Position numbers and translations under genes: made by a program. From contig OZ024741.1 of the NCBI GenBank assembly GCA_964016885.1, positions 220,782,001-220,846,000 on the forward strand: a stretch of 64,000 bases of DNA, in the 5' to 3' direction. The stretch comes from Eledone cirrhosa (lineage: Eukaryota). The notes under the pieces were generated by a model, which was not told the DNA's origin, did no database searches, and saw nothing but the letters and a program-made list of their open reading frames with translations. Below are positions 1 to 13,055 of this stretch, in pieces. Each line of letters begins with the position of its first letter. Position 1 is the stretch's first letter.

Positions 1-1423
1 CACCAATGTTTGGAATACTCAATTGGACGATAGACGAAATCCGAGCAGTTGACGTTGGAACTCGAAAAATACTGAACAACACCGGAAACTTCCACATCAA
101 CACTGACATAGACCGCCTTTACTTGAAACGTAGGCAGGGAGGCAGCGGCCTAACATCATTCCAGACAACATTTGAATGTCGCATCATATCTCTCCTACAA
201 CATCTACGAACCTCGAGCGTAGGAGCCCGCTTCTCGAGCAAGTCTATCTGCATGAAACAGATAAGATCATGAGAGTTGGGAAGGAACTCCTTGAGAGATA
301 TTCCCTGTGTGATAATCAAAAACTCACACCCAGGGATGTCGCTCAGCAGTATCGCAGTGAATCCATGGATGAAAAACTGCATGCCTATCAGCAAAAAATC
401 ATGCATGGTTATGTTGCCAGGAAGCTCCAGATTGAGAGTAATATAGATAAGGAAAGTAGTATATCTTGGACCAACAACCGCTATATTGGCTCCCACCTTG
501 AAGGATACGCTTTTGCAATCCAAGAACAGGAGATTAGCACGAAATACCTGATTCACAAAAGAGATAAGGATGCAGGCAAAACACCTAGATGTGATAACAA
601 GTGCAGACTCTGCAGAACTAACATCGAAAATATCACCCATGTCATCAGCAGCTGCCCAAAGATGTCATAGCGGTACTATCTACCTATGAGGCATGATGTA
701 GTGGCCAAAGCACTGTACAATGCAGTTCGTATAAAAGATAGCCCCGATGATAAACACATTAAAAGCTACAACAATGTGGAAGACATCCATGTACATAATA
801 TGAAAGAGTACTGGTGGAATGTTCCAGTAAAAACCCCAATAAAATGCAGGCATAACAGACCAGATATTATGATATAGGACAGGGAGAAGAAAACATGCAC
901 AGTAGTGGAAATTAGCTGCCCAGCAGATGCCAATATAATATCAAAGATTAGTGAAAAGGAGATTATTTATGCAGAACTGATGAGAAATCTGCAGATACTC
1001 CACCCTGATTACACCTTCAGATTTAAACCTGTGATTATTGGGGCACTGGGATATGTTAGTAACTGCCTCAATACAAATCTTGAGAAGCTAGGCATCACAG
1101 GAACAGAAAGAACACAACTAGTTAGGAAATTAAAAGTACAATCTATTAATGGAACAGTAAAAATATGTAAAACATTCCAAATATTTTGCATCTAATAACT
1201 GCATATACACATGTACAGATACAAAGCATATACACATGCACACATACAACTCAAAACATCCACATCCACACATACAATAACATCCATATCTACACATGCA
1301 TGCATGCAGACATACATACATATCTACCTAGTTGATGTGTAAATTCCTATTGAGAGAGTCTTGTGTCTATGTTAGAAACCGACTCTCTATTGGTAAAACT
1401 TTGTGAAATTATAAAACCAGAAA
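1..1423 (+). mobile_element. 3' part of an R4/Dong-clade RLE non-LTR retrotransposon (decayed)
   Basis: Consecutive ORF pieces give the RT thumb region (DIDRLYLKRRQGGSGL), AIQEQ, a CCHC knuckle (CRLC..ENITHVISSC), RHD, HNRPDI..D, EISCP, K..Y and PVIIGALG, i.e. a restriction-like endonuclease. There is a frameshift near 200-260 and stops at 668 and 875. The 3' UTR runs into (TACA)n at about 1424. Confidence 0.85.
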
Positions 1424-1440
1424 AACATACATACATACAT

Positions 1441-2063
1441 GATGGCTGCCCCCTCGTTATCGAGTATGGCCATTGCACGATATACCATTATTAATAATTA
1501 TTAATTAATGCTATCGTGCAATGCCTGTGCGTGAAGATATTTTTTAAAGTGAGGAAAGACTGTGCACTGAGCCAATCCCACTCTCTGAATGACAGTAGCT
1601 ATAACCCGAAAAGAAAAAAAGATCAACATCATCAGTAACTACTGAGCCGTAGGTTTTATGTTGGAGTTATCCCAGTTTACTGAGTTGCCTTCTCCTAGAA
1701 GCATGCTCTGACAAAGGCTAGGGGTCTTTCACTTCCAGTGGTATAACCGCGCAATCGGGTATCCAGCCCGACTATTTCTATGTCCCCGCGCATATACATA
1801 CACATGCACCCATGTATATACACATGTACATACACATACAAATATACATGTGGATATACATATTTACATACTTTTGGATGGCCGTTGACCCTTATGAGGT
1901 CTTCCGCTCTTTGTCAGGTTTTGTTTTTTGTCCTGCAGGGTGTCCAAAATCACCTCCTCACCAAGTAAACATGGTGGGGTTGCCGGTTTAGTCCCGGCGA
2001 CCCCACCATGCAACAGGTTGCACTGGGTTACATGTTACCAGTAGCACTCAAGAGTGACCCGAC
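1441..2063 (-). mobile_element. Non-autonomous RTE-like element in a (TACA)n array, copy 1
   Basis: Colinear with the diverged copy at 2090-2689. The minus strand carries an RTE 5'-UTR-like motif (agcctttgtc...ctaggagaaggcaactc). Both ends abut TACA-type repeats. Confidence 0.5.
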
Positions 2064-2089
2064 ATACACACATACATACATACATACAT

Positions 2090-2689
2090 GGTGGCTGCCA
2101 ACTCGTTTTCGAGTACGGCCACTACTTTATATCCATGCAGGAGAACCCTTACCGATGCGCTGAACGAGTGTGACTTTTAGTCCAGCCAACGACTTGAAAA
2201 CTCTGGTACAAACACTACACTTGTGACAATTATTGTCACATAATGCTGGGCCCATGGTACCATGTGACGACAAGTGCAGAGAGATCTCCAGATATAAAGC
2301 AATGCCTGTGCCCTGAAGCTTTTATAGTGAGCAAAGGCACTGCACAAAGCCAGTCCCACTCTCTTAACCAAGATGATATTTACCAAAAAGAAGAACATGT
2401 CAACATCATTGGATACCATCAGGGTTGCAGGTGTTATATCAGAGTTTTCCTTCTCCTAGAATTCTGCCTTGACAAAGGCTAAGGGCTCATCTCTCCCGGT
2501 GGATGGCCATTGACTCTTAAGAGCTCCTTTGCCCTTTGACAGGTTTTGTTTATAGTCCTGCAGGATGTCCAAAGTCACCCTCCTCACTAAGAAACCTTGG
2601 TGGGGTTGCCAGTTTAGTCGCCAACGACCCGACCATGAGACAGGTTGTACTGGGATACATGTACCAGTAGCAGCAACTGATGACCTGAC
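2090..2689 (-). mobile_element. Non-autonomous RTE-like element in a (TACA)n array, copy 2
   Basis: Same termini as 1441-2063 (gtggctgcc...gagtacggcc; ccagtagca...tgacctgaca). The minus strand reads agcctttgtcaaggcagaattctaggagaaggaaaactc. Confidence 0.5.
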
Positions 2690-2861
2690 ATACATACATA
2701 CATACATACATACATACATACATACATACATACATACATACATACATGCAGCCACCCACCCATCCGTCCATACATACATACACACATACATACACACAGA
2801 TACATACATACATACATACATACATACATACATACATACATACATACATACATACATACAT
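2689..2861. repeat. (TACA)n microsatellite
   Basis: Seen directly. Confidence 0.95.
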
Positions 2862-3278
2862 AACTACCACAGCAATCACAAGTAATAGAAACCTATAAAT
2901 AATTTTTAATTTTCACTGGTCCACACAATATCAACTAAATAAAATCAATGTCCAAGCACAGATTTAATTCAAACTACCATTTAAAAAGTGTTACTGCAGC
3001 AAATAATAGTTGAGTTTAATGGCTTCCAGTTTTCAGTTGTACAATGGTGCCATAATTGAGTTTCAGTGACTGATTCAATTTCCGGTCGACTGTGTCACGT
3101 TCATTAACATCCAGCCTCGTTCTATTTCCATAGAATATATTGCTTATGGCAGTAAAAAACTGCTTTCAGAATTCAAGGCTGGAAAAAAGATTATTACTGA
3201 TTCAACCAGCTTAAAAGTTTTTGACTTTGTGTCAGCAATTAGCATACGAGCGTTGTCTGAAAACGTTAATACGTTGAC

Positions 3279-3650
3279 TATGGAGGAGTGAAAAATAAAC
3301 CTCATTTCGTCATTACATGAGAGTATCTTGGTCAGTCTATGAAGGAGTGATGTTAGCGCTGTGAAATCTTCCATGCATTTATTTCAAATCCTCTTATTAA
3401 TAACTGCATTGTTTCTTTCCAAGGACTATGTTGAAAAATAAACCTCGTTTGGTCATTCCATGAGAGTATCTTTGTCAGTCTATGAAGGAGTGATGCTAGA
3501 GCTGTGAAATCTTGCATGCAGTAATTTCAACTCTTTTTATCAATAACTGCAGTTTCTCTTTCTAGGGAATATTTTGAAAAATAAACCTCATTTGCTCATT
3601 TCATGAGAGTATCTTGGTCAGCCTATGGATTTTTCAGCCGATCCTCCTGC
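3279..3650. mobile_element. Mariner-type MITE with a tandemly amplified ~143-bp internal unit
   Basis: ctatgaaggagtgatg recurs at 3337 and 3480. The right end ttttcagccgatcctc matches the TIR of the intact MITE at 47306-47507. Confidence 0.7.
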
Positions 3651-3889
3651 ATCCCACAAATCTTTCATCGCAATTTTGTCTGGCTATTAATCTAGTAGTT
3701 GCTCTATAGTTATAGAATCTACACAACAATTGGTTTGGAGTTTCATAAGTCAGTGTAAAAAAATAGTTAAACCTAATGGAGTCGTAGTGGTGTCTGTTGG
3801 GTATTTTAAACCTGACAGAGCCTATCCCTCTACAGGTCAGAACAAAACCGATTTCTTTCAAAAGAAGAAAAGAAAATAGAGAGTAAAAG

Positions 3890-4152
3890 AACCAACCCTT
3901 GTACTAGGAGGGAAATCTGTCTATCGATCCCGAAAGGATAAAAGTCTAAGATGACCGCTGTAGAATTTGAACCCAGGCTGCAGTGAACTGTGACAAATAA
4001 CTGTTTCTACTTTTGGCACAAGGCCAGCAAATACCCAGTGCATTACTGGTACTTCATTTTATCGACCCTGTAAGGATCAATGGCAAAATTAACCTCGGCT
4101 GGATTTGAACTCAGAATGGAAAAAGCCGTAACTCTATGCGTCAAAGCATGGT
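3890..4152 (-). mobile_element. OK-type tRNA-derived SINE, two partial copies
   Basis: Reverse complement of the SINE core (tttctacttttggcacaaggcc...actggtact...tatcgaccc...ggatttgaactcaga). Confidence 0.8.
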
Positions 4153-4394
4153 GTCCGACCTTCTACCGATACGACAAATAATGAGTTATCTTTAATCGGA
4201 CACCCAAACGATGCTGCCAATTCACCGTTTAATTCAATGTACCAATATGGAATTTTACTACTTGGAACACTCTGAAATTAGTCTTTAAAATATTCATATA
4301 AGCCAGTCTTAAGTTCTAAGCCGTCTTCGATACAATCCTCCATTGGGTAACTATGTACTAAGTTCTTGAGAAGAATAAGGTCAGGTTTAGTTGC

Positions 4395-4586
4395 ATTCTT
4401 TCTTTCTCGTTCATTTTTCCTTTTTTTTCCTTTTTCTTTCATTTTTCTTGTCTTTCTTTTCTTTCTTTTTCTTCTTTTTTTCTTTTTTTCTTTTTTTCTT
4501 TCTTTTTTCTTTTTTTTCTTTCTTTAATTTTTCTTTCTTTCCTTTTTCTTTTTTCTTTCTTTCTTGTTTCTTCTTTCTTTATTTCT

Positions 4587-4626
<40 letters not shown>

Positions 4627-4652
4627 TATTTCTTTATTTATTTATTTATTTC
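4395..4652. repeat. T-rich (TTTC)n low-complexity tract
   Basis: Seen directly. Confidence 0.9.
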
Positions 4653-4842
4653 TTACAAAATCATCCTACCAATAAAACAATATTATTTATAAAACCTCAA
4701 TTTTGACAACCATTCACAAAATTAGATTCTTGTCTTTGGGGTATTAGATTTAATTCATTGAATCACTTCAAAATATCACTTTTATAAACAGAAGAAAAAC
4801 TTTCCTTTCATTAGTTAACAATTAATTTGAACTTGCTTGATT

Positions 4843-5513
4843 CAGAATCGGTAGAGCGTCGGTCAACATGCTTAGCGACATAGAGTTACGGTCCTTTAAG
4901 TTCTGGGTTCAAATCCCGCCAAGGTTGGTTTTGCCTTTCATCCTTACGGGGTCGATAAATAAAGAACCAGTAATGCACTGGGATCGATATAATCGACTTT
5001 CTCCTCACAAAATTGCTGGCCTTGTGCCAAAATGTAGAAACAATTATTATTATTATTATGTATTGCTGTAGGGCGGTGGATTCGCAGTATCGGTAGAGAG
5101 TCTGACACCATGCTTTACAGCATAGAGTTACTGTCCTTTACGATCTGAGTTCTAATTCCGCCGAGGTTAACTTTGCCTTTCATCCTTACTGCGTCGATAA
5201 AATAAAGTACCAGTAACCTACTGGGGTCGATTTAATCGACTTCCCCCCAAAAAATTACTGGCCTTGTGCCTATACTAGAAATCATTAGGATTAGCAGTAT
5301 CGGTAGAGGGTCGGACGCCATGCTGTGACGCATAGAGTTACGGCACTTTATGGTCTGAGTTCAAATCCCGCCAAGGTTAACTTTGCCTTTCATCCTTACG
5401 GGATCGATAAAATAAAGTACCAGTAATGTACTGGTAAATTGCTGGCCTTGTGCCAAAAGTAGAAACAATTATTTTGTAATACTGGCCTTGTGCCAAAAGT
5501 ATAAATAATTATC
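4843..5513 (+). mobile_element. Three head-to-tail OK-type SINEs plus a duplicated 3' tail
   Basis: Each copy has a tRNA-like head (cagtatcggtagag...gagttcaaatcccgcc), the Meta-like domain tttgcctttcatccttacggggtcgataaaataaagtaccag and the tail ggccttgtgccaaaagtagaaacaattatt. Confidence 0.88.
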
Positions 5514-6021
5514 ATTCTTTTGTATTTGGTCCATTCAAAGATGACTTGAACTATGAAATAAAAACACTAAGGGTATTTATTCTACCGAGGCCATTCCCTA
5601 TGGAAAGTCAACGTTCTTCTGTATGTCGTAACAAGGTCTTAATTTCCTCATCATTAGAAAATTATTTTGAAAATCCTGTCTTTAAAATCCTTAGCTTTGA
5701 TAATATTAATTACTGAATTGCTGAGACTGTCACCCAGGAGCTTTGCCGAACGATATTGTCTGAAACTAATGCAGTGTACAGTTTTTTTTCAATCTTATTA
5801 TATAATATTTTTGTTTGCTAATCATTTCTCCAGAGTCATCTAAACTAAATTGAATCCAAATTCTCAGTACAATGTGCTTATATCCAGGTACTGTTTCACC
5901 TAATTTAAAATAGTTTGTGAAGTCTTGTCGCAAACCTTTCAAGAATAGCTACTCTTCTCGACAAATTCTCTTTTATATAAACCGAACAACGTAATAGCTT
6001 GTATGTGATATCGATAAAATA

Positions 6022-6517
6022 GTATAATTGTCTATAGTATGAGGGGCTTCCGTTGGTTGCGACGATAACCATACTAGTTATTATATCAACGGTAATAGCT
6101 TGCCTGGATAATTGTTTACAATACGAGGGGCTTCCGTCTGTTGCGAATATAACCATTCTAGTTATATCAACGGTAATAGCTTGCTTGGATAATTGTATAC
6201 AATACGAGGGGCTTCTGTCAGTTGCGACGATGACCGTTCTAGTTATTAGATAAACGGTAATAGTTTGCTTGGATAAGTGTATACACTACGAGGGGCTTCC
6301 GTCGGTTGCGACGATGACTGTTACAGTTATTAGAGCAACGAGAATAACTTGCTTGGATAATTGTATACACTACGAGGGGCTTCCGTCGGTTGCGACGATG
6401 ACCGTTCTAGTTATTAGATCAATGGTAATAGCTTGCTTGGATAATTGTCTACAATACGAGGGGCTTCCGTTGGTTGCGACTCTGACCGTTCCAGTTATTA
6501 GATCAACGAGAATAATT
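6022..6517. repeat. ~84-bp minisatellite, ~6 copies, derived from a SINE body segment
   Basis: ggataa recurs at 6106, 6187, 6271, 6355 and 6439. The unit (ggcttccgtcggttgcgacgatgaccgttctagtt...gatcaacgg) resembles 13685-13740. Confidence 0.85.
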
Positions 6518-6706
6518 TGATTGTGAAATCGATAAAATACGATAATTGATAATTGGGTCTAGTAATATCGACGATAGAAAACATCATCGATAATGAACGA
6601 GTAACAACAACAACAATATTAGCAGCAATGGAAGAACAACAACTTCAACACTAAAAAAGCAACAACATCATCATCTACAATGAACATCAGCGGTTAAAAA
6701 TAATCC

Positions 6707-6707
<1 letters not shown>

Positions 6708-6783
<76 letters not shown>

Positions 6784-6785
6784 AC

Positions 6786-6846
<61 letters not shown>
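6708..6846. repeat. (AGT)n microsatellite
   Basis: Seen directly. Confidence 0.95.
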
Positions 6847-7379
6847 TCTTTAATTTGTGACAAGAATTTCATTCTCTAAAATCTCTATCAACTCTCCACA
6901 GATTCTTCAGTTTGTGTTCGTTTAAGAAATCTTTCTTGAAAATGGAATTGGGTTTCAGACGAAACACAATTTTCTTCTAATGTTCTGCACATTCAAGTAT
7001 TCCAAGCATTAGAAGTGTCTTGCCAATAAACTAAAGAACACCTGCTTTAATAATAAATTCTTAGTCAAAATAATTCGGCAGGAGTATTTTAGTGTGTGTG
7101 GCTTTAACGATTTTAAACAAATCATCGAATTATCTTTAGATATTTTTTCTTAAAATGATCTTTATATTTTCTAACAAATCCATGTCCTCACCTTATGACT
7201 TCAGCCAAAATAGAATCAATAATAAATCTCTACGTACGTTTGTTGCTCATTACCTTGCCTAGATTCTGAACATCAATAACAGAGTCTCTTGGTTATGACA
7301 TCTCGATAAGAGTCCTTGCGACCTCTTTGACTTTTGATAAATGTTGGTTTCCAAAGCACTAAATGCGTGATGTCAATGG

Positions 7380-7985
7380 CCTGAAAATCTCTCCCCTTTC
7401 CTTTGCACAGAGTTTGTTGAAGCTAAAATCTCTGAATGCAAACAGCATCATATAATTACGTCACATGCTGATGATTAGGCTTTAGTAAACGAAAAAAGGG
7501 GTAGGACAGAAAGTTCTCCCCGACCCCACATCATCAAAGCAAGCTTTCTGCAAGCACGCAAAGGAAACTGGATCACCACTTTAAATAATTGTCTGGGGAG
7601 CCATCTCTTGTCAAAAATGACCTCCAACTAATAACAGTGTCACCTCTATTAGACATCTCATCAGCACATTTTCCTTTAAGTGAAATCAATTTGTAATCAA
7701 ATTCCTTGAGAACAAGAAATCTCCAGGTCTTCACACTATTCCTAATATGATTGGGAAAGATGCTCACCTGGCCTTAATTCTGTCTATATTTAATGAGACC
7801 TTAGGCACACTTTATCTACTTTCAAGTTTCTTTAAAGGGGGCATAATTCCCATTCCTATGAAGGGTGACCCCTCTTCTTCCCTAAAATACAAGGGAATCT
7901 CATTGAGCCAATTGCTGCCAAAGTTTACAACTAACTAAATTTAATCGAATATCTGTCTATATGTAATCTTGCTCTACAATCTATA
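7380..7985 (+). pseudogene. Decayed RTE-clade reverse transcriptase N-terminal fragment
   Basis: GIIPIPMKGDPSSSLKYKGISL followed, after a frameshift, by AAKVYN..LNRI. This matches RT domain 1-2 of RTE-like LINEs. Confidence 0.65.
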
Positions 7986-8001
7986 CAAATAACCTCTCTC
8001 T

Positions 8002-8641
8002 CACCCACATGTTAGAAGTCCCCCAATAGAAAGTCATCATTCACCTTCTTGCCATCTTCCTTTCTTTCACCCACATGTTAGAAGTCCCCCAATAGAAAGT
8101 CATCCTTCACCTTCTTGCCATCTTCCTTTCTTTCACCCACATGTTAGAAGTCCCCCAATAGAAAGTCATCCTTCACCTTCTTGCCATCTTCCTTTCTTTC
8201 ACCCACATGTTAGAAGTCCCCCAATAGAAAGTCATCCTTCACCTTCTTGCCATCTCCATCTCTTTCACCCACATGTTAGAAGTCCCCCAATAGAAAGTCA
8301 TCCTTCACCTTCTTGCCATCTCCATCTCTTTCACCCACATGTTAGAAGTCACCAATAGAAATTCCTATTTCATCTTTCTTGCCTTCTCCATCTCTTTCAC
8401 CCACATGTTAGTCACCCAATAGAAAGTCACCCTTCATCTGTCTTGCCATCTTTCTTTCACCCACATGTTAGAAGTCTCCCAATAGAAAGTCATCCTTCAC
8501 CTTCTTGCCATCTTCCTCTATTTTACCCATATGCTAGAGGTCACCCAATAGAAAGTCACCCTTCAACCTTCTTGACATCTCCATCTCTCTCACCCACATG
8601 TTAGAAGTCACCCAATAGAAAGTCAACCTTCAGCTTTCTTG
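8002..8641. repeat. 66-bp minisatellite, ~10 copies
   Basis: cacccacatgttagaagtc recurs at 8002, 8068, 8134, 8200 and onward. Later copies are more diverged. Confidence 0.93.
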
Positions 8642-9204
8642 TTACCACTTTTGATTTCTTTCTAAATACCAGTTATGTTTGAAGGGTAAATATATCAAAT
8701 TAACAAATTAATTACAAATAAATCAAACCTGATAAATGTGTTATCAATAGGCATACAAATGTTTTCTTAAACATAGAAATATCGCCGTAACCCCTGCAAA
8801 TTGTGTACGGACTATTTTATTGAGACTATTGCATTAAACGTCTTTTTTAGTTAATTTCTTCTAAATTCCGATGGAAGAAATATAAATTGACATGAAACTT
8901 CAGTATCTTGATTCCACATTGAATCTGTTATGGAATTACAAGACAATTCTTGAAACAATAGAACACCTCTTCTTTGTTTGCATATTTGAAATAAAATCAT
9001 TCTAGTATTTTCATAGAAAAAACAATTGTACTTAGTTTAAGTAAGAGATCATATCTGACGTAACTAAAATTACACGACATAATTAATTGTTAAATAATAA
9101 ACGTGCCCCTAAAACATTCAACATGGGAGACGAGTTATGTAAGTACTTTCAGAGTAATCTCGCTCGGATTAAAGTAACAGTTTTCCCTTTCCTATATATT
9201 GGGT

Positions 9205-9414
9205 TCTGATCTAGGCACATGGCCAGCAATTTCGAGTGAGGAGAAAGTCGATTAAATCGACCCCAGTGCGTGACTGGTACTTATTTTATCGACCTCGTAA
9301 GGATAAAAGGCAACGCTAAATTCAGTGGGATTTGAACTCAGATCGTAAAGAGCCATAACCCTATGCCATAAAGCATGCTGTCCGACGCTCTACTGATACT
9401 GCCAATCCAACGCC
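9205..9414 (-). mobile_element. OK-type SINE, near full length
   Basis: Reverse complement of head, core and tail. Confidence 0.85.
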
Positions 9415-9753
9415 ATTTCTATATAGCATGTCTACGGTTGTAACATTAAGAGTTTTAGACAAGTATGAGCGGAATCTAGCCCGTGTCATTCGTTTTTAGC
9501 AATTGGCCTTAGAGAACGGCTTTCAAAGCCCGTTTACTTAACCTGTAACCCGTGAAAAGCTGACCAAACGTACATATACTTGGTATTTGAATGATTAATG
9601 TGTCTATGTAGTTACATTATAGACACAGTTATATAAACTCTGTATGAATATACGCCATTGCGTAGAGATGTATCGCTACGCTCTAATATACAGCGATATC
9701 TATTTTTACATATGGTATTTATACATATATTTATACATATGGTATTTATATAT

Positions 9754-9844
<91 letters not shown>

Positions 9845-9889
9845 AATATAAATATGTGTGTTTGTGTAAATAGAGGACATAGAAAATAT

Positions 9890-9950
<61 letters not shown>

Positions 9951-9962
9951 ATATATATATAC

Positions 9963-10018
<56 letters not shown>

Positions 10019-10802
10019 CCTTTCATATACACATATTCCCCTTTCAGCTTCAAAGGTATATATTATAAAAGAAACCATCTTTTGTTCCATTGCCAAAACT
10101 GATATTATTCATCAAACGGAGTTATATTACTCTCTATCCCACTTTCCCCCCTCTCCCCCTCTCTCCCTCTCTCTCCCTCTCTCCCACCACTCTCTCTTTC
10201 TATATTCCATTCTGCGGCCACTCTCTCTCTATCTCTCCCACTCTCCCACCACACACATTCTCTCTCATATTCTCTGTCTGCCTCTTTGTCCCTCTCCATG
10301 TCTCTTTCTGTCTCTCTTTGTCCCTGTCTCTCCCACTCCCTCTGCCTGCCTCTTTGTCTCTCTCTCTCTCTCCCTTTCTGTCTGTCTCTGTCTTTCTTTC
10401 TATCTCTCTTTCTATCTCTCCCTCTCTCTGTGTATGTCTCCCCCTCCTTTCTCTCTCTCTCCTGATTTATAGCTTCAGACACATCTAAGAAACGGTACAA
10501 ACATGACCAAAGCTCAAAATGTTGAAATATTACTATGTAATAAATCAGACATTACCAGGTGCTGACTTCGATATACACTGGAATATCGTGAAATATCCAC
10601 ATAGCAATATGGATAATAATTAGATCATTGGATAGATCATTGGATTCATATTTAATGAAGGGAAAAAGCTGTTTTAATACACCCAGATTTAAGTGTATTA
10701 AAATTAACCTAGATACTATAATCAGGCAGATTGTGTCTCTGAATTATTTAGTTTCTACATATTTCTGTTGCTTTCTACCACTCAATGTACAATCTTTTGG
10801 TT

Positions 10803-11385
10803 TATAGCTTGACCAAGATACTCTCATGGAATGGCCAGATGAGATTTATTTTTCAACATAGTTCCTCGAAAGAAACAATGCAGTTATTAATAAGAAGAGT
10901 TGAAATTAATGCATGCAACATTTCACAGCTCTAACGTAACTCCTTCATAGCCTGACCAAGATACTCTCATGGAATGACCAAATGAAGTTTATTTTTCAAT
11001 ATAGTTCCTGAAAAGAAACAATGCTGTTATTACGAGGGTCGAATGAATAGTTCATAGACTGACCATGATACTCTCATGGAATGACCAAATGAGGTTTATT
11101 TTTCAACATATTCCCTGGAAAAAATACTGCAGTTATTAAGAGTTGAAATTAATGCATGCAAGATTTCACAGCTCTAACATCACTCCTTCATAGCCTGATC
11201 AAGATACTCTCATGGAATGACCAAATGAGGTTTATTTGACAACATAGTCCCTGGAAAGAAACAATGCAATTATTAATAAGAATAATTGAATTTGATGCAA
11301 GATGTTAAACCCCGAGAAACACTCCATAGTCAGCCTATGAATATTTCAGTCCTCTTCACCAAGTACGAGGGGTGGCTAAAATTCT
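10803..11385. mobile_element. Cluster of mariner-type MITE internal units with TACGAGGG TIR ends
   Basis: gaccaagatactctcatggaatgaccaaatgag is repeated about four times. TIR-like tacgagggtcgaatgaatagttcatag at 11031 and tacgaggggtggctaaa at 11364. Confidence 0.7.
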
Positions 11386-11412
11386 AACTAGGAGACCGAA
11401 TGAATCTCCGCT

Positions 11413-11465
<53 letters not shown>

Positions 11466-11622
11466 CTGTTGGATAAATCTATATCCTGATTCCTTTTGAA
11501 TTGAGTCTGAATTATTTTTCCCATATCTTATGTTAACTATTTTCCCATTTTGACGCTATAGTCACATATATGTTATGGAATACTGTTAGCTTCTCGCTAC
11601 AACAATTTCTATACTTTTCATT

Positions 11623-11664
<42 letters not shown>

Positions 11665-11694
11665 CTTTTTGTTACAATGTTTTCTATACCTTTC

Positions 11695-11835
<141 letters not shown>

Positions 11836-11864
11836 CACATGTATATATATACATATATATATAT

Positions 11865-12706
11865 AGAAGGTGAGTAATATTGTAGAACAATAAAACTATG
11901 CATATTTCAGATAAGTACCACTCAACAGTTGGTAGAACTGGAGTATATATAATAAAGGTGAAATAAAAGAAGACAAAAACATAGATTACGAAATTTCTTG
12001 TCGTAAAATCCACAACGCATCTCCATACTCCAATGCTTCCATATCTAGTGTTTGCAATTTATGTCTAGTTGAAAAATTTACCATTATCTCGAATTTCAAC
12101 ACAATAGTAAATCGAAGAACCGATTTATTTGGACTTTGTAATCATAAATCCTACAAGACTCTTCATAAAGTATATAGCTGATGTCCTATAACATATTCCA
12201 CGAGTCACTGTTATCTTTACACATCTTTCATTATATTCTACAATGTATTATTTTGGTTTTCTTATTATATATTCAGCCTTTGATCTTCTTTTCTATAGCC
12301 TTAGATTTTCGCTCAAACCTTCGTAGATTTTGTAAACAAATGATGACGTCATATTATAATTAGATTTTCTCTACGTTTTTTCTACGTTTATAAATCATTC
12401 TAGCAATTTCCTTTATTTACTTAAAATTAAATAGTATACCTCACATATATATTTTTACTAGAAATTATTAATTTTGACATATATAATTTTATAAAAATCT
12501 TTTTATATTTATTTTATTAATACATTTTTACACTTCGTAATCCAATTTTTAGTATTTAAACCCAATATAAAATAATATACCCAGTTTCTATATTTAGACC
12601 TCTAATATTTGAATACCTTCTATAATATTCGCACATACACCTCATCAATTTATTTTTTAACCGTTATTTACAGCTGTTTTCATTTTGACAGAGTTCCTGA
12701 TCAAAA

Positions 12707-12769
<63 letters not shown>

Positions 12770-13055
12770 TTCTTCCTTCTTTTTTTCTTTCTTCTCTTTC
12801 TTTTTCCTTTTTCTCTTCTTCTTTCCTTTTCTTCTATTTTCCTCTCTATTTCTTACTATAGTATTAACACATATATTTCTGTCATATGTAGACTTAGCAC
12901 TTTCCTATAAACAAGTTGCTATTATGCCTCATATCATTGTACCTTATTTTTTATCTGAAGAGAACACAATATCTGTCCCAGCATGGTTTTGTATTCGAAA
13001 TACGTATAATAAAATATATGGAACTCTTATAACCATCTTTTATTTCATCTTTATT
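11865..13055 (+). mobile_element. 5'-truncated Naiad-type Penelope-like element (family C') with an inverted tail piece at its 5' end
   Basis: 11972-12181 translates to [10 protein letters not shown]...ASPYS...[12 protein letters not shown]...VNRRTDLFGLCNH*, a GIY-YIG C-terminus. Hammerhead at 12949-13014. 11865-11960 is an inverted homolog of the family C tail. Flanked by (TA)n. Confidence 0.8.
12949..13014 (+). ncRNA. Type I hammerhead ribozyme (family C')
   Basis: TTTTAT-CTGAAGA-[GAACACAA...TTGTATTC]-GAAA-TACGTA-TA-ATAAAA. Stem I pairs and stem III is palindromic. Confidence 0.8.

Noticed and set aside
8002-8641. CRISPR-like regular repeats (also 6022-6517)
   Set aside because: Contiguous tandem units with no unique spacers, no cas genes and a eukaryotic context.
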